DNA of 64,000 nt from Candidatus Latescibacterota bacterium (GCA_965207885.1 OZ242311.1:1024001-1088000); one strand, 5' to 3'; positions 10,860 to 23,088 are shown, counted from the first letter of the stretch. Translations and numbers: made by a program. The notes: a model not told the origin generated them from the sequence alone.

Positions 10860-11850
10860 AGCGAATCCTCGGGTCGAGCCATGCCAGGAGAATATCGGCT
10901 AATAAATTGCCGATGAGTAAGAAAGTGGCGGCTAAGAGCAGGAATGCACCTGCCAGATACATGTCTTGAGATGTGAGTGCTGTGAGAAAAATGGGGCCGG
11001 CGGTTGGCAGGCCGAGTACGATGCCGGTGACGACGGCGCCAGAGAGCAGGTTGGGCAGTTCGAGGCCCAGGCGGCTGACGAGGGGGTTGATGGCAATGCG
11101 CACGCCGTATTTGACGATGACTTTGCCTTCTTTGAGGCCCTTGGCGCGGCCGGTTTGGATGTGTTGTTGGCCGAGTATGTCGAGCAGGTTGCCGCGCATG
11201 ATGCGGATGATGCCCGCTGTGCTGCCCGTGCCGATGACGATGATGGGTACCCAGATATGTTTGAGGAGATCGACGAATTTTGCCCATGTCCAGGCAGCGC
11301 CGATGTATTCGGGAGAGAGGAGTCCGCCTACGGATTCGGCTTCGAAGACGGCGACCTGAATGAACATGATGACCAGAGCCAGCAAAAAGTTTGGGGTGGC
11401 CAGGCCGATGAATCCGAGAAAGGTAAAGCCGTAATCGCCTATCGAATACTGCCGGGTGGCAGAGTAGATGCCAATGGGTATGGCGACGATCCAGGTGAAG
11501 ATCAATGTGGAGAGTGTGAGTGTGAGGGTGAGTCCCAGTCGTTCGGCCAGGAGTTCCATCACGTCCATTTCGTAAGTGAAGGATTGCCCGAAGTCGCCTT
11601 TGCTGACGATTTTCCAGATCCAGTGGATGTATTGCACATAGATCGGATCGTTGAGGCCATAGCGTTCGCGCAGGGATTCTATTTGCGCCATTGCGCTTTC
11701 AGATCCGAGTTCGCCCTGTTCGGCCAATTCGGCGAGGCGAGAGGTGAGCATATCGCCCGGCGGTGCTTGTATGACCACAAAGCTGACCATTGAGATCAGG
11801 ATCAGCGTGGGAATCATGTGCAACAGACGACGGATGATGTAGTTGGTCAT
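10852..11850 (-). CDS. Oligopeptide ABC transporter permease (OppB-like)
   Basis: YIIRRLL, GDFGQS, RAKGL and LDPRIR motifs. Confidence 0.9.
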   Translation of the reverse strand: MTNYIIRRLLHMIPTLILISMVSFVVIQAPPGDMLTSRLAELAEQGELGSESAMAQIESLRERYGLNDPIYVQYIHWIWKIVSKGDFGQSFTYEMDVMELLAERLGLTLTLTLSTLIFTWIVAIPIGIYSATRQYSIGDYGFTFLGFIGLATPNFLLALVIMFIQVAVFEAESVGGLLSPEYIGAAWTWAKFVDLLKHIWVPIIVIGTGSTAGIIRIMRGNLLDILGQQHIQTGRAKGLKEGKVIVKYGVRIAINPLVSRLGLELPNLLSGAVVTGIVLGLPTAGPIFLTALTSQDMYLAGAFLLLAATFLLIGNLLADILLAWLDPRIRYE

Positions 11851-11853
11851 AGG

Positions 11854-13761
11854 CTATTGCTTTATAAATATCTGTTCGTGAAACACGGGGCGACCCCAGC
11901 CGCGGTGTACGTCGGCAGCGCTGCCCTGCATGGGGACATTGCCGAGTCGCGTGCTGGCGCCCCATATAGAGTAGGCGGATCCGACGACGATAACGGGTAC
12001 GTTGTCGGTGTGGAGGTCGCGCACTTCTGTCATGTGTTCATGTACGGCTATGGGATCTACGGTTGTCAATACTTTTTTAATGCGCATTGTGGCTTCGTGC
12101 AACCACGCGGGACCTTCTTTGGAGGCGTTGCGGTGCCAAAAGGGGACGGTGGGTGCCATAATTGCCCAGTCATTGAGGCGGCCGAGAGGGTCGGCGGGTC
12201 CTTCGAGGCCCCAGTGGTGTATGTCGTATTCGCCGTTGAGGCGGCGGGGCCATACAATGTCGCGCAGGGAAATGTTCAGGTTGGCTTTGATGCCTATGTC
12301 GCGCCAGTGTTCGGATACGAGTTCAGAGACATCGACGCCGACGCCGGGGACGACGTCGATGTTGAGTTCAAAACGCGAGCCGTCTTTGAGTTCCCGCCAA
12401 CCATCGCTGTCTGTGTCGCGGTATCCGGCTTTGTCGAGGAGATCGCGGGATTTGTCGGGGTCGAATTTGGCGTATTTGCGATAGGCGGCTTCTGAATAGT
12501 GCGGATTAGAGGGCGCAAAGGAGTAGCCCGCGGGGTCGAGGAGGCCGTGATAGACGATCTGGTTGATTTCTTCGCGGTTGATCGCGTATGACAGGGCTAT
12601 GCGTACGTCGCGGTTGCGAAAGGCTTCTCGCAGGGCGGGTTTTGGGGTGTCCCAGTTGAGGTAATAGGCTGGACCGCGGTCTGGGCCGGTGATCCGCAAT
12701 TTGAATTTGCCCTTTTTTTCTTCGGTGCGCAGCGTGGGAAACATGTTGATGCGAGAGTAGCGTCCAAACAGGTCGAGTTCGCCGTTGACAAATTTGAGCA
12801 GGATAACCTGGGGGTCCTGGATGACGGTAAATTCGATGCGGTCTGCATAGGGCAGTTGGTTGCCCGCTGTGTCGATTTTCCAATAATAGGGGTTGCGCGC
12901 ATAGACGATGCGCTGACCGCGAATCCATTCGACGGGGACCCAGGCGGATAAGCGCGGCATGCCGGGTTTCATGATGACCATGGCATTGGTGGCTTGTTCT
13001 CGAAATTCTTCATAGGTCGCTTCGGGGTTATAACGAGGGTGCAGGTGTGACAGGTGGTGTTTGGGCTGTGCTATGACATCTGAACACAGGGCGTGTAATA
13101 CGCGACCGAGGGGTTTGGACGATGAGACTTCAAGGGTGTGGTCGTCGATTTTTTTCAGGTCGATGGGTTTGCCATCGACGACCCACACAGAGGGGGGGAC
13201 GGGCTGGTTGTGGGGACGGGCATTGTCGTCAAAGGTCATGTCGTAGTACCAGAACAATATGTCGTCAACTGTAAATGGCACGCCGTCTGACCATTGGATG
13301 CCTTTGCGGATTTTGAAGATGGCGGTTCGGCCTTCGTCGTGAAATTCAAAACTTTCCGCAAGGTTGTGTACGATGCTGTCGGGCATGGGGCGCAAAAATC
13401 CCATGAGGTTTTCGCTCAGTGTTTTATTGACGCCCGCTGTTTGGATGATGTCGCCCGTGAGTGCGCGCCGCAAGACGCCGCCGTATTGTCCGATGGTGTC
13501 CATGGGGACGACGATGAGAGGATTTTCGGGCAGGCGTTCAGATACGGGGGGGAGTTCCCCTTTTTTTACTTTTTCGGCGAGGATGGGGGCCTCATTAAAG
13601 GTGCGGTTGATGAGGATTTCCGGGTCGATTTGTACGGGTGCGCGCGTTTCGCGAATCGCCGCGTTGGATTGTGCGGCTTCACCTGTTTTTGCAAGATGCC
13701 CTGGGTCGGATGCGAGACAACCACAGAAGATTAGGGGGATGAGAAAATAGGTTCGTTTCAT
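11854..13761 (-). CDS. Family 5 ABC substrate-binding lipoprotein
   Basis: LPPVSERLP, WSDGVPFTVDD and RNPYYWK.D..GNQLPY motifs. Confidence 0.9.
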   Translation of the reverse strand: MKRTYFLIPLIFCGCLASDPGHLAKTGEAAQSNAAIRETRAPVQIDPEILINRTFNEAPILAEKVKKGELPPVSERLPENPLIVVPMDTIGQYGGVLRRALTGDIIQTAGVNKTLSENLMGFLRPMPDSIVHNLAESFEFHDEGRTAIFKIRKGIQWSDGVPFTVDDILFWYYDMTFDDNARPHNQPVPPSVWVVDGKPIDLKKIDDHTLEVSSSKPLGRVLHALCSDVIAQPKHHLSHLHPRYNPEATYEEFREQATNAMVIMKPGMPRLSAWVPVEWIRGQRIVYARNPYYWKIDTAGNQLPYADRIEFTVIQDPQVILLKFVNGELDLFGRYSRINMFPTLRTEEKKGKFKLRITGPDRGPAYYLNWDTPKPALREAFRNRDVRIALSYAINREEINQIVYHGLLDPAGYSFAPSNPHYSEAAYRKYAKFDPDKSRDLLDKAGYRDTDSDGWRELKDGSRFELNIDVVPGVGVDVSELVSEHWRDIGIKANLNISLRDIVWPRRLNGEYDIHHWGLEGPADPLGRLNDWAIMAPTVPFWHRNASKEGPAWLHEATMRIKKVLTTVDPIAVHEHMTEVRDLHTDNVPVIVVGSAYSIWGASTRLGNVPMQGSAADVHRGWGRPVFHEQIFIKQ

Positions 13762-13852
13762 AGGGGTTCTAAATTAAACAAACTGTTTCTTTTATGCGAG
13801 TTTTTTTTCTATCACCTTGACGGATTGGCTGTTGTGCGAGTATATTGTTTTT

Positions 13853-14773
13853 ATGATTTCTGATGAGATGAGAAGACGCATCGCCGCGCTCAATCGCCGC
13901 GATTTGAAACACGCAGATGAGGTTTCGGAAGCCGAGGGGCAAGTAGAGCCTGAAGTTCGGTCTGCCCGTGGAGAGAGGCGCGCGCCCGATCCCGGCGAGT
14001 TGCGCGTGATGGCTGCTGCGTCCGATGCGCGATTGCATCTCTCGCTGGACGAGGTGGCACAGGGCGAGGAGATTCATACGCCCGCAGGCACATTTTTGCT
14101 GATTGATCAGACTGTTCAAGAGGTTCTGCGCGGTGGTGGGCGCGCGTTTGGCGCGCGATACGAACGCGCGATTGGTGCGTTACATGAGGGCAATGTGCCG
14201 CATGATCCGTATGATACATTTCATTCTTTGATTGATGCACGCGCCGAAGATGTGATTTACGTCGATATTGAGACGACGGGGTTGACGGCTGGTACGCCGC
14301 TGTTTTTGATTGGTGTGTTGGGGCATTTTGATGGCGATTTGCGCGTTGTGCAGTTGCTGGCGCGAGATTATACGGAAGAGGCCGCGTCGTTGTCGCACTT
14401 CGTCACTATGTTGGATGCTTCGAAGGTGATTGTCAGCTTTAATGGCAAGTCGTATGATTTGCCCTATATCCGCGACCGGTGTTTGTTTATGGGTGTGCCG
14501 TTTCGATTGCGACAGGCGCATATCGATATGTTGCATGTGGGGCGTCGTATATGGGGCAGGCAGTTGCCCAATTGCAAGTTGCAGACTCTGGAACAATATA
14601 TTTGCCGTCGCACCCGACAAGGCGATATTCCGGGTGCGGAGATTCCCAATGCGTATCACCGGTTTGTCAAGTCGGGAAATGCCGTGCAAATGCGCGATAT
14701 TTTGCATCACAATGCGCTGGATCTGCTGACGACGACAGAGGTGTTGTTGCGTGTGTTGGAAGGTAAGACGTAA
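13853..14773 (+). CDS. YprB-like RNase H-fold exonuclease domain protein
   Basis: DIETTGL, FNGKSYDLP and HNALD motifs. Confidence 0.85.
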   Translation: MISDEMRRRIAALNRRDLKHADEVSEAEGQVEPEVRSARGERRAPDPGELRVMAAASDARLHLSLDEVAQGEEIHTPAGTFLLIDQTVQEVLRGGGRAFGARYERAIGALHEGNVPHDPYDTFHSLIDARAEDVIYVDIETTGLTAGTPLFLIGVLGHFDGDLRVVQLLARDYTEEAASLSHFVTMLDASKVIVSFNGKSYDLPYIRDRCLFMGVPFRLRQAHIDMLHVGRRIWGRQLPNCKLQTLEQYICRRTRQGDIPGAEIPNAYHRFVKSGNAVQMRDILHHNALDLLTTTEVLLRVLEGKT

Positions 14774-14806
14774 AAGGTAAGAGGACCGCTCTACCCCTCT
14801 CACGTC

Positions 14807-17093
<2,287 letters not shown>

Positions 17094-17180
17094 GGAGATA
17101 TTTGCAGGAAATTGGGAACGCGAGTGAAGTATGAAGTGTGAAATGTGAAGAGGGAAACAAGCGAGACGTTAAAGGCAACC

Positions 17181-17212
17181 GTCATCGCGGCATGTTTAAA
17201 GCCGCGATCCAG
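17181..17212. repeat. REP-like palindrome, copy 2
   Basis: GTCATCGCGGCATGTTTAAAGCCGCGATCCAG, near-identical to 121-152. Confidence 0.75.
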
Positions 17213-17271
17213 AAAGTTTTTAGCTGATTGCTATATCATTTGGGTGTTACCACAAGAGGAGGAGGCGAGAT

Positions 17272-17949
17272 ATGAATATGCGGTGGATCATCGGTTTGTT
17301 TTTTGTCGGGTGTGTTATAGTACAACAGGTCTGGGCGGAGACATCATTGGGGTTGCCGGTTGAGGGTGTTCAGACGATTGTGTTGCGCAATGAGGTGGGT
17401 AAGAATCAGATTCAGTTTGTGAGTTCGGCACCGCTGGAGGAGATACACGGTACAGCGTCGGAGATTTCGGGTGCGTTGATACTGGATCCGGCAAATGTGG
17501 AGGGTTTGACGGGGAAGATTGAGGTGCAGGTTGCGAGTATGGAGACGGGTATCGAGAAGCGCGACGCGCATTTGCATAGCGCGGATTGGTTGGATGAAAA
17601 ACAGTTTCCGGTGATTGGGTTTGAGATTGCGGGGTTGAAGGATGTGTCTGTGGAGGCAGGGGAAGATAGGGCTGTGATTAAGGGATTGGCAATGGGGACG
17701 TTTTCACTGCACGGCGTGGATAAGGAGATGGAGATTCCTTTTGAGGCGACGTATTTGCTGGCGTCAGAGCAGACAAAGAAGCGCGCGCCAGGGGATTTTT
17801 TTGTGGTGAAGGGCGAGTTTCCGATTGCGTTGAAGGATTTTGATATTGCAGGTGCGCGCGGGCTGGTGGGTAACCGGGTTGGGAAGAAGATCGATTTGAA
17901 GACGAATTTTTTTGGTTCGACGATGAGAAGTGAGAAGGATGAAGGGTGA
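17272..17949 (+). CDS. YceI family periplasmic lipid/isoprenoid-binding protein
   Basis: Signal peptide, TGIEKRDAHL...DWLD...FP and LHGV motifs. Confidence 0.88.
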   Translation: MNMRWIIGLFFVGCVIVQQVWAETSLGLPVEGVQTIVLRNEVGKNQIQFVSSAPLEEIHGTASEISGALILDPANVEGLTGKIEVQVASMETGIEKRDAHLHSADWLDEKQFPVIGFEIAGLKDVSVEAGEDRAVIKGLAMGTFSLHGVDKEMEIPFEATYLLASEQTKKRAPGDFFVVKGEFPIALKDFDIAGARGLVGNRVGKKIDLKTNFFGSTMRSEKDEG

Positions 17950-18013
17950 AGTGAGAGGGCTTCACACGAAGACACGGAGACACAAAGATACAAGAAGTGG
18001 GAAGAGAGAAGTT

Positions 18014-18073
18014 TCATCGCGGCATGATTCCCTGCTCAACACCATGCAGGGACATGCTTGAGCCGCGATCCAG
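18014..18073. repeat. REP-like palindrome, copy 3, with nested hairpin insertion
   Basis: TCATCGCGGCATG-[ATTCCCTGC...GCAGGGA]-CATGCTTGAGCCGCGATCCAG. Confidence 0.7.
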
Positions 18074-18081
18074 TGTTTGCG

Positions 18082-18124
18082 AACTGTGGATGGGAAAACT
18101 TGATATCCCATTCACAGTTTTTTT
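18082..18124 (+). terminator. Intrinsic terminator after yceI, at the left edge of the island
   Basis: AACTGTGGATGGGA / TCCCATTCACAGTT stem followed by a T run. Confidence 0.65.
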
Positions 18125-18157
18125 ATAAAAATGCACCAATTCTGAAAAAAATGAAAA

Positions 18158-18235
18158 AATAAGAGATATTCGGAAGGAATAAGAGATATGCGGAATCTTT
18201 TTGGGTTGAACTTATAGACGCGATGGTGTTATCAT
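18158..18235 (+). promoter_or_regulatory. Tandem direct-repeat operator plus putative extended -10 promoter
   Basis: AATAAGAGATAT(T/G)CGGAA twice with 20-bp period (18158, 18178), then TTGAAC-N18-TATCAT with TG extension. Confidence 0.5.
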
Positions 18236-18613
18236 AAAAAAGCCGCTGACAAGACCAGGACAAGTCAAGTGTCAGCGGCAGCAAATATCTCAAGCTGATA
18301 ACTTGAGAAGGTTAAACAAAGGTAGCGACCTGAAGCGCGATTGTCAATGTGAATATAATGTTCAATACAAAAAGAGAAAATTGAACGATGTGTTCACTTC
18401 TCAATTCGATAGTCAGCTTGAACTTTATTCTACAATACTCTCTATATGGAATAAAAGTAACGCCTTAAAAAAATTATTATTTGAACAATTCATATTGGCA
18501 TACATGTTGCATGTATCTGTTTAAGCAGTAAAAAATCTGTTTTGAATCGTGTGGAAAGTCAGGCTCTAAGCCTCAAATATTTTAGACAGCGTTTTATCGC
18601 CCCGGAGAAAAAT

Positions 18614-19405
18614 ATGAACAAACAGAAAATTCTGATTATAGATCACGACCCCGGCATTCTATCGACCCTTGTCGGATTTCTGAGCGATGAACCTTATGAC
18701 GTTTGCACGGCGAGCAATGGGAAAGAAGGGCTTGAAATTTTGAGACGAGAGAAGATCGATCTCGCCATCGCTGAAATGTATATGGGAGGTCTTGATGGGG
18801 TCGCGCTTTTAAAGCGCGTTGCAATAGAGAAAATTCAGACAAACGTCCTGATCATGGAAAATGTTGTGCCTCTGGAAGTAGCCGAAAAAATACTCAAGGC
18901 CGGTACTGCAGGCGTATTGGACAAACCGACCAATAAGGACAGATTTTTGGCACAGATCAAAAACTGTATCCTACTAAATGAAGTGGAATACACTGGGGCG
19001 CGGGTCTATGAAGCACCTCGTTCACTGTCCAGACCCTCCTTCGCCCGAGTGCCTGCTTCGCAAGAGGCATTGGAATCATTTTTGGAGGAGCGTTACAGAG
19101 ATCCAGACCTGAAATTTGAAGACCTTACGCGCTATTTTGGTATCTCGCTGTCGCGTGGTCACGAGCTGTTTAGAAAACATTTTGACAGGACCTTCCGTGA
19201 AAAACTGAGGGAGGTCAGAATAGCACAGGCAGAGCATTTTTTAACACACTCATCACTGTTGATATATGAAATTGCACGCCTATGTGGGTTTCGCGGATCA
19301 AATCGTTTCTCTGAGGATTTCAAGAGGATACATGGCTTTTCTCCTACCCAGTATCGTAAAAAGTTTATGCGCGGAGAAATTCAGTCGTTTTCGGAAGATG
19401 TCTGA
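18614..19405 (+). CDS. Response regulator-like protein: atypical receiver plus AraC HTH
   Basis: CheY-like N-terminus with degenerate phospho-site; C-terminal IYEIARLCGF...FSEDFKRIHGFSPTQYRK; SD GGAG at 18604. Confidence 0.88.
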   Translation: MNKQKILIIDHDPGILSTLVGFLSDEPYDVCTASNGKEGLEILRREKIDLAIAEMYMGGLDGVALLKRVAIEKIQTNVLIMENVVPLEVAEKILKAGTAGVLDKPTNKDRFLAQIKNCILLNEVEYTGARVYEAPRSLSRPSFARVPASQEALESFLEERYRDPDLKFEDLTRYFGISLSRGHELFRKHFDRTFREKLREVRIAQAEHFLTHSSLLIYEIARLCGFRGSNRFSEDFKRIHGFSPTQYRKKFMRGEIQSFSEDV

Positions 19406-19477
19406 GTTCAATGTTCATTTGATCGGTCTAAATCTATCGGTGTTAGCCGTTATCGCAACCTGTCTTATGTCTCCAGT

Positions 19478-20656
19478 ATGGCTTTAGCCACCAGACAGCC
19501 TGAATCTGATCATGAGATCAAGCTAAAGGGCTTCGAATTTATAAGATTCTTCATTCTGTCTATTATCGCATTGAGTATTCTGCTTATTGCAGGGGTTGTG
19601 ATTTTAGGCTGGGATGTCGAAATGGAAATTAGTGTTGAGGCGTCGGGGCACGTTGAACCCGTTGAGAAAAAATTTGTCAAATCAGAGACCGTGGGGACGA
19701 TAGAGAAGGTGCTTATTCACGCGGGTCAGCAGGTCGCAAAAGGGGATACGCTTTTTGTTCTCGGTGCTTCAGAGTGGAGAAAAGAGGCCGCGAAAATAGA
19801 AAAAGAGATTGCAATTAATCAACGACAGAGAGAGGAACTCAGAGAGACATTATTTTTTGATCGGCAAAGGATAGAATCAAGTCTTGACCAGGCGCGGCTC
19901 GAACACGAAGCAAGCGGTCTTAGGCTTGAACAGATTTTACAGGAGCAACAATTGTATCAAAAATATCTGAAAGAGAGAAAGGAACGGACACGACCTCTTG
20001 AGACGCTTTTACCTGTAAAACTTCAGGAGAACAATCTCAACCGTGTTCAGCAACGCATGACCTATCTGAAAATTGAGCGTGATGCTCTGGCTGTTAGAGA
20101 GAAAGAAATCCAAACTTTGAAACTGGTGGGGGATAAGCTCATGCAAGAACGCGATTGGATTCAGGAACAGATACGGAAAACCACCATCACTTCCCCAATC
20201 GCAGGTATTATTCTGACATCAGATATTGAGACGATTGAGGGCGATAGGGTTTCGGTTGGTAGTCCGGTATTGGAATTGGCGCAGTTAAATGAATGGCAGG
20301 CGAGGGTTTTTGTGCAAGAGGTGGATATTTCAAAAATTGAAATGGGTCAAGATGTCAAATTGTACATCCATGCGTTTCCGCATATGAGTTACAAAATTTT
20401 TAGTGGTAGGGTGAGTGAATTGCCCAGCCGGAATCAAGTCGTGCCTCCCAATGCAACGGCTCTGACATTATACCCGGTGAAGATATTGATCGATGAACCT
20501 TTTGTTCGCAGTGGTGATCAGGTCTATCCGGTGGCGTATGGCATGCGGTTAGATGCGAAGATCATTATTGAAAGAAATTTTTTATGGGAAATTGCGTGGA
20601 AAAAGATAAAAGAGGCTTTTAGTATCGTTGACAAGAAAAATCCGTTGGTTTTTTAA
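19478..20656 (+). CDS. HlyD family membrane fusion protein
   Basis: N-terminal TM, lipoyl-like half motifs (GQQVAKGDTL; ITSPIAG), coiled coil and GMRLDAKI. Confidence 0.9.
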   Translation: MALATRQPESDHEIKLKGFEFIRFFILSIIALSILLIAGVVILGWDVEMEISVEASGHVEPVEKKFVKSETVGTIEKVLIHAGQQVAKGDTLFVLGASEWRKEAAKIEKEIAINQRQREELRETLFFDRQRIESSLDQARLEHEASGLRLEQILQEQQLYQKYLKERKERTRPLETLLPVKLQENNLNRVQQRMTYLKIERDALAVREKEIQTLKLVGDKLMQERDWIQEQIRKTTITSPIAGIILTSDIETIEGDRVSVGSPVLELAQLNEWQARVFVQEVDISKIEMGQDVKLYIHAFPHMSYKIFSGRVSELPSRNQVVPPNATALTLYPVKILIDEPFVRSGDQVYPVAYGMRLDAKIIIERNFLWEIAWKKIKEAFSIVDKKNPLVF

Positions 20657-20687
20657 TTGATGACAGGCAAACCGGAGATCGGGAATC

Positions 20688-22403
20688 TTGACGCAAATAT
20701 TCACTATTGTTAAGATGCTGCGGCCTTATTGGCGGTATATCATTCAGTCGCTTTGTGTTGGCATTTTGTTTATGTTGTTTCAGATACCAGGACCTTATTT
20801 CACGAAAATAATGATCGATGACGTATATCCGCATAAAGATTTCTCTCTGTTGAATTTTGTTCTGTTGTTGGGCATGCTCATGTCATTGGGTGTAGGCGGG
20901 ATGAGGTTTATCAGTGGGTATTTTGGTCAGTGTGTTGGCATCCGGATGGGGTATGATTTTCAAGCGCGTTTTTACAAACATATACAAACGTTGGATTTTG
21001 GTTTTTTTGATAGCCGGGAGACGGGTGAAATACTATCTCGATTTCGAGATATGCGAAGTTCAATTGCCAGTGTTATTAGTTTGATTAACACGCTGATTAT
21101 CAATTCGCTCCAACTCCTAATTTTTCCGCCCATTCTGTTCTTTATCAATTGGAAACTGGCACTGATTAGCCTTACAGTTTTGCCCTTTGACACGCTGTTG
21201 GTTATGATTTCAAGACGGTTTATCCGCAAATATACAAGGGAAGTTGCAGAACGCTCAGCAGAGTTATCGGCGAAAAATTACGAGTCCATCTCTTCAATTA
21301 GAACAGTGCAGTCTTTGGGGTTGGAAGCTTCATTTTTTCAGAAGCTACAGGGATTGTTCATCGGTGTGGCAAATTTGAGAATGAAAGTGTCGCTTTTTTC
21401 GGGCACAACGGGATATGCCAGCACCATTATCAAGACAGGCGGAACACTTGCCTACGGCTTCTACGGATGGCACGAGGTGTTATCTGACAATTTGACGTTG
21501 GGAAGTTATATGGCTTTTACGGGCTATGTGGGGTATTTGTATGGACCCATAAAAAGTCTCATTGGCCTGTTGCGGCGCATCGAATCCACGCTGGTTCATA
21601 CAGATCGCTTTTTTGAAGTCTATAATATTACGCCTGACATACGCGATGAACCGCAGTTGGCTGAACTCAACGGGGTTCGTGGAAGGATAGAGTTTCGAGA
21701 TGTCAATTTTGCATATCAGCCCGAAAGGGTGGTGTTGAACGAGATCAATCTCCAGATTGACGCCGATCAAACAGTCGCCATTGTTGGAAGAAGTGGGTCG
21801 GGCAAATCTACCCTGGCAAAGCTCATTCCGAGGTTCTACGATCCAGTGGATGGGCAGGTCTTGATCGATGGGGTCGATATCAGGCAATACCGTCTCAATT
21901 CTCTGCGACAAAATATCGGCTTTGTGATGCAAGGCAGTGCGCTGTTTCAGGGGAGTATTTTGGAGAATCTGACGTTTAACAAACCCATTTCCATGATTGA
22001 TGTCGAAGCCGCAACCCGGGCAGCCTATATCCACGATTTTGTCACGAAGCTCCCCAACGGCTATCACACTGTCATCGGTGAGCAGGGGGCGCAACTTTCA
22101 GAGGGGCAAAAGCAGAGGGTCGCACTTGCACGAGTGCTACTACAGAACACACCCATCTTGATTTTGGATGAACCCACTGCGGCACTGGATAACGAGTCTG
22201 AGTTTTATATTCAAGAAGCGATGAAGGAAATTTGCAAACAAAGAACAGTGATCGTCATTGCCCATCGTCTGTCAACCATCCGGCGTGCAGACAAAATCGT
22301 GGTCATCGACCAGGGAAGAATTGCTGAGGAAGGCAGCCACGAGGTTTTGATGCTGCAAGATGGTGTTTATTCCATGCTCCAGGAGAGAGCAGCGAGGATT
22401 TGA
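20688..22403 (+). CDS. ABC exporter, fused permease/ATPase, no C39 peptidase domain
   Basis: TM domain with TGEILSRF, Walker A GRSGSGKST, signature variant LSEGQKQR, LILDEPT and AHRLST. Confidence 0.92.
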   Translation: MTQIFTIVKMLRPYWRYIIQSLCVGILFMLFQIPGPYFTKIMIDDVYPHKDFSLLNFVLLLGMLMSLGVGGMRFISGYFGQCVGIRMGYDFQARFYKHIQTLDFGFFDSRETGEILSRFRDMRSSIASVISLINTLIINSLQLLIFPPILFFINWKLALISLTVLPFDTLLVMISRRFIRKYTREVAERSAELSAKNYESISSIRTVQSLGLEASFFQKLQGLFIGVANLRMKVSLFSGTTGYASTIIKTGGTLAYGFYGWHEVLSDNLTLGSYMAFTGYVGYLYGPIKSLIGLLRRIESTLVHTDRFFEVYNITPDIRDEPQLAELNGVRGRIEFRDVNFAYQPERVVLNEINLQIDADQTVAIVGRSGSGKSTLAKLIPRFYDPVDGQVLIDGVDIRQYRLNSLRQNIGFVMQGSALFQGSILENLTFNKPISMIDVEAATRAAYIHDFVTKLPNGYHTVIGEQGAQLSEGQKQRVALARVLLQNTPILILDEPTAALDNESEFYIQEAMKEICKQRTVIVIAHRLSTIRRADKIVVIDQGRIAEEGSHEVLMLQDGVYSMLQERAARI

Positions 22404-22545
22404 TATGTTCAAAGCAAAGTGCCCAATTCTAAAAGCACCTCTTGACAAGGAAAGGAGGTAAATGAAAAATCACTACACGGTGCTTTGTCCATAGTGAATG
22501 GAAAACATTCACCGATTTCTAATTTTTACAGTATTGGAGGATCAC

Positions 22546-23022
22546 ATGCAAAAGCTGGTGAAAAGAAGGATGCATTACGAAACCATTATGCCCGTTGAGG
22601 CTTATGACGATGAAAAAAAGAAAGAGGATGAGAACACGGCCGATATTATTGGTGCTTCTCTTACGTTTCTGGGTATAGTAGTAACGACGTCTGGGGGTCC
22701 TGTTAGCCAAGCTGCAGGAATGCTTCTCGCTGGCGGGGGTCTCGCGACTACGGCTATCCATAATGAACAATTTACAGAGACAGCAAGAGAAGTAGCTACT
22801 GTTGAGGCAGAGACTGATTTAATAATATCTGAGGGTCTCGTAGATGCAGGCAGTGCTGGAGCCAGTGCTATAGGTGAAGGAATCTTAGCTGTAGGTGCTG
22901 CTGTCGAAGCTGTAGAAGAATTTGCCGGACATGTAGCCGAGAGAGCACCACAGGCGATGGCAGATGCGGTTACAGAAATGGTTGAGACGATAACCGACTT
23001 TGGGGACGATGGCGGAGGTTAA
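22546..23022 (+). CDS. Putative precursor/secreted toxin with a leader ending VEAY
   Basis: SD GGAGG at 22536; basic 20-aa leader MQKLVKRRMHYETIMPVEAY, then an acidic Ala/Gly-rich core with a hydrophobic hairpin; sits directly after the exporter. Confidence 0.6.
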   Translation: MQKLVKRRMHYETIMPVEAYDDEKKKEDENTADIIGASLTFLGIVVTTSGGPVSQAAGMLLAGGGLATTAIHNEQFTETAREVATVEAETDLIISEGLVDAGSAGASAIGEGILAVGAAVEAVEEFAGHVAERAPQAMADAVTEMVETITDFGDDGGG

Positions 23023-23088
23023 TTCAAATAAACCTACATTTCGTTGTAAATTAAAAATGTAGTATGGGCCAGTTTTTATGGATCATTG

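Noticed and set aside
18303-18524. 73-aa ORF in the island leader
   Set aside because: TTG start, no SD and no motif; likely a chance ORF in AT-rich regulatory DNA.
20666-20700. GGCAAACC...GACGCAAA resembling a c-di-GMP-I riboswitch
   Set aside because: There is no GNRA tetraloop or downstream P3 stem, and it overlaps the ABC gene start in a 31-bp intergenic gap.
22096-22110. ABC signature LSEGQ instead of LSGGQ as a sign of an inactive exporter
   Set aside because: Walker A/B, the catalytic Glu and the H-loop are intact; a single signature variant is not enough to call it inactive.
22452-22494. Perfect SD AAGGAGGT plus 10-codon ORF MKNHYTVLCP upstream of the precursor
   Set aside because: SD-ATG spacing is only 2 nt and nothing else supports translation; the nearby TTGACA lacks a good -10.
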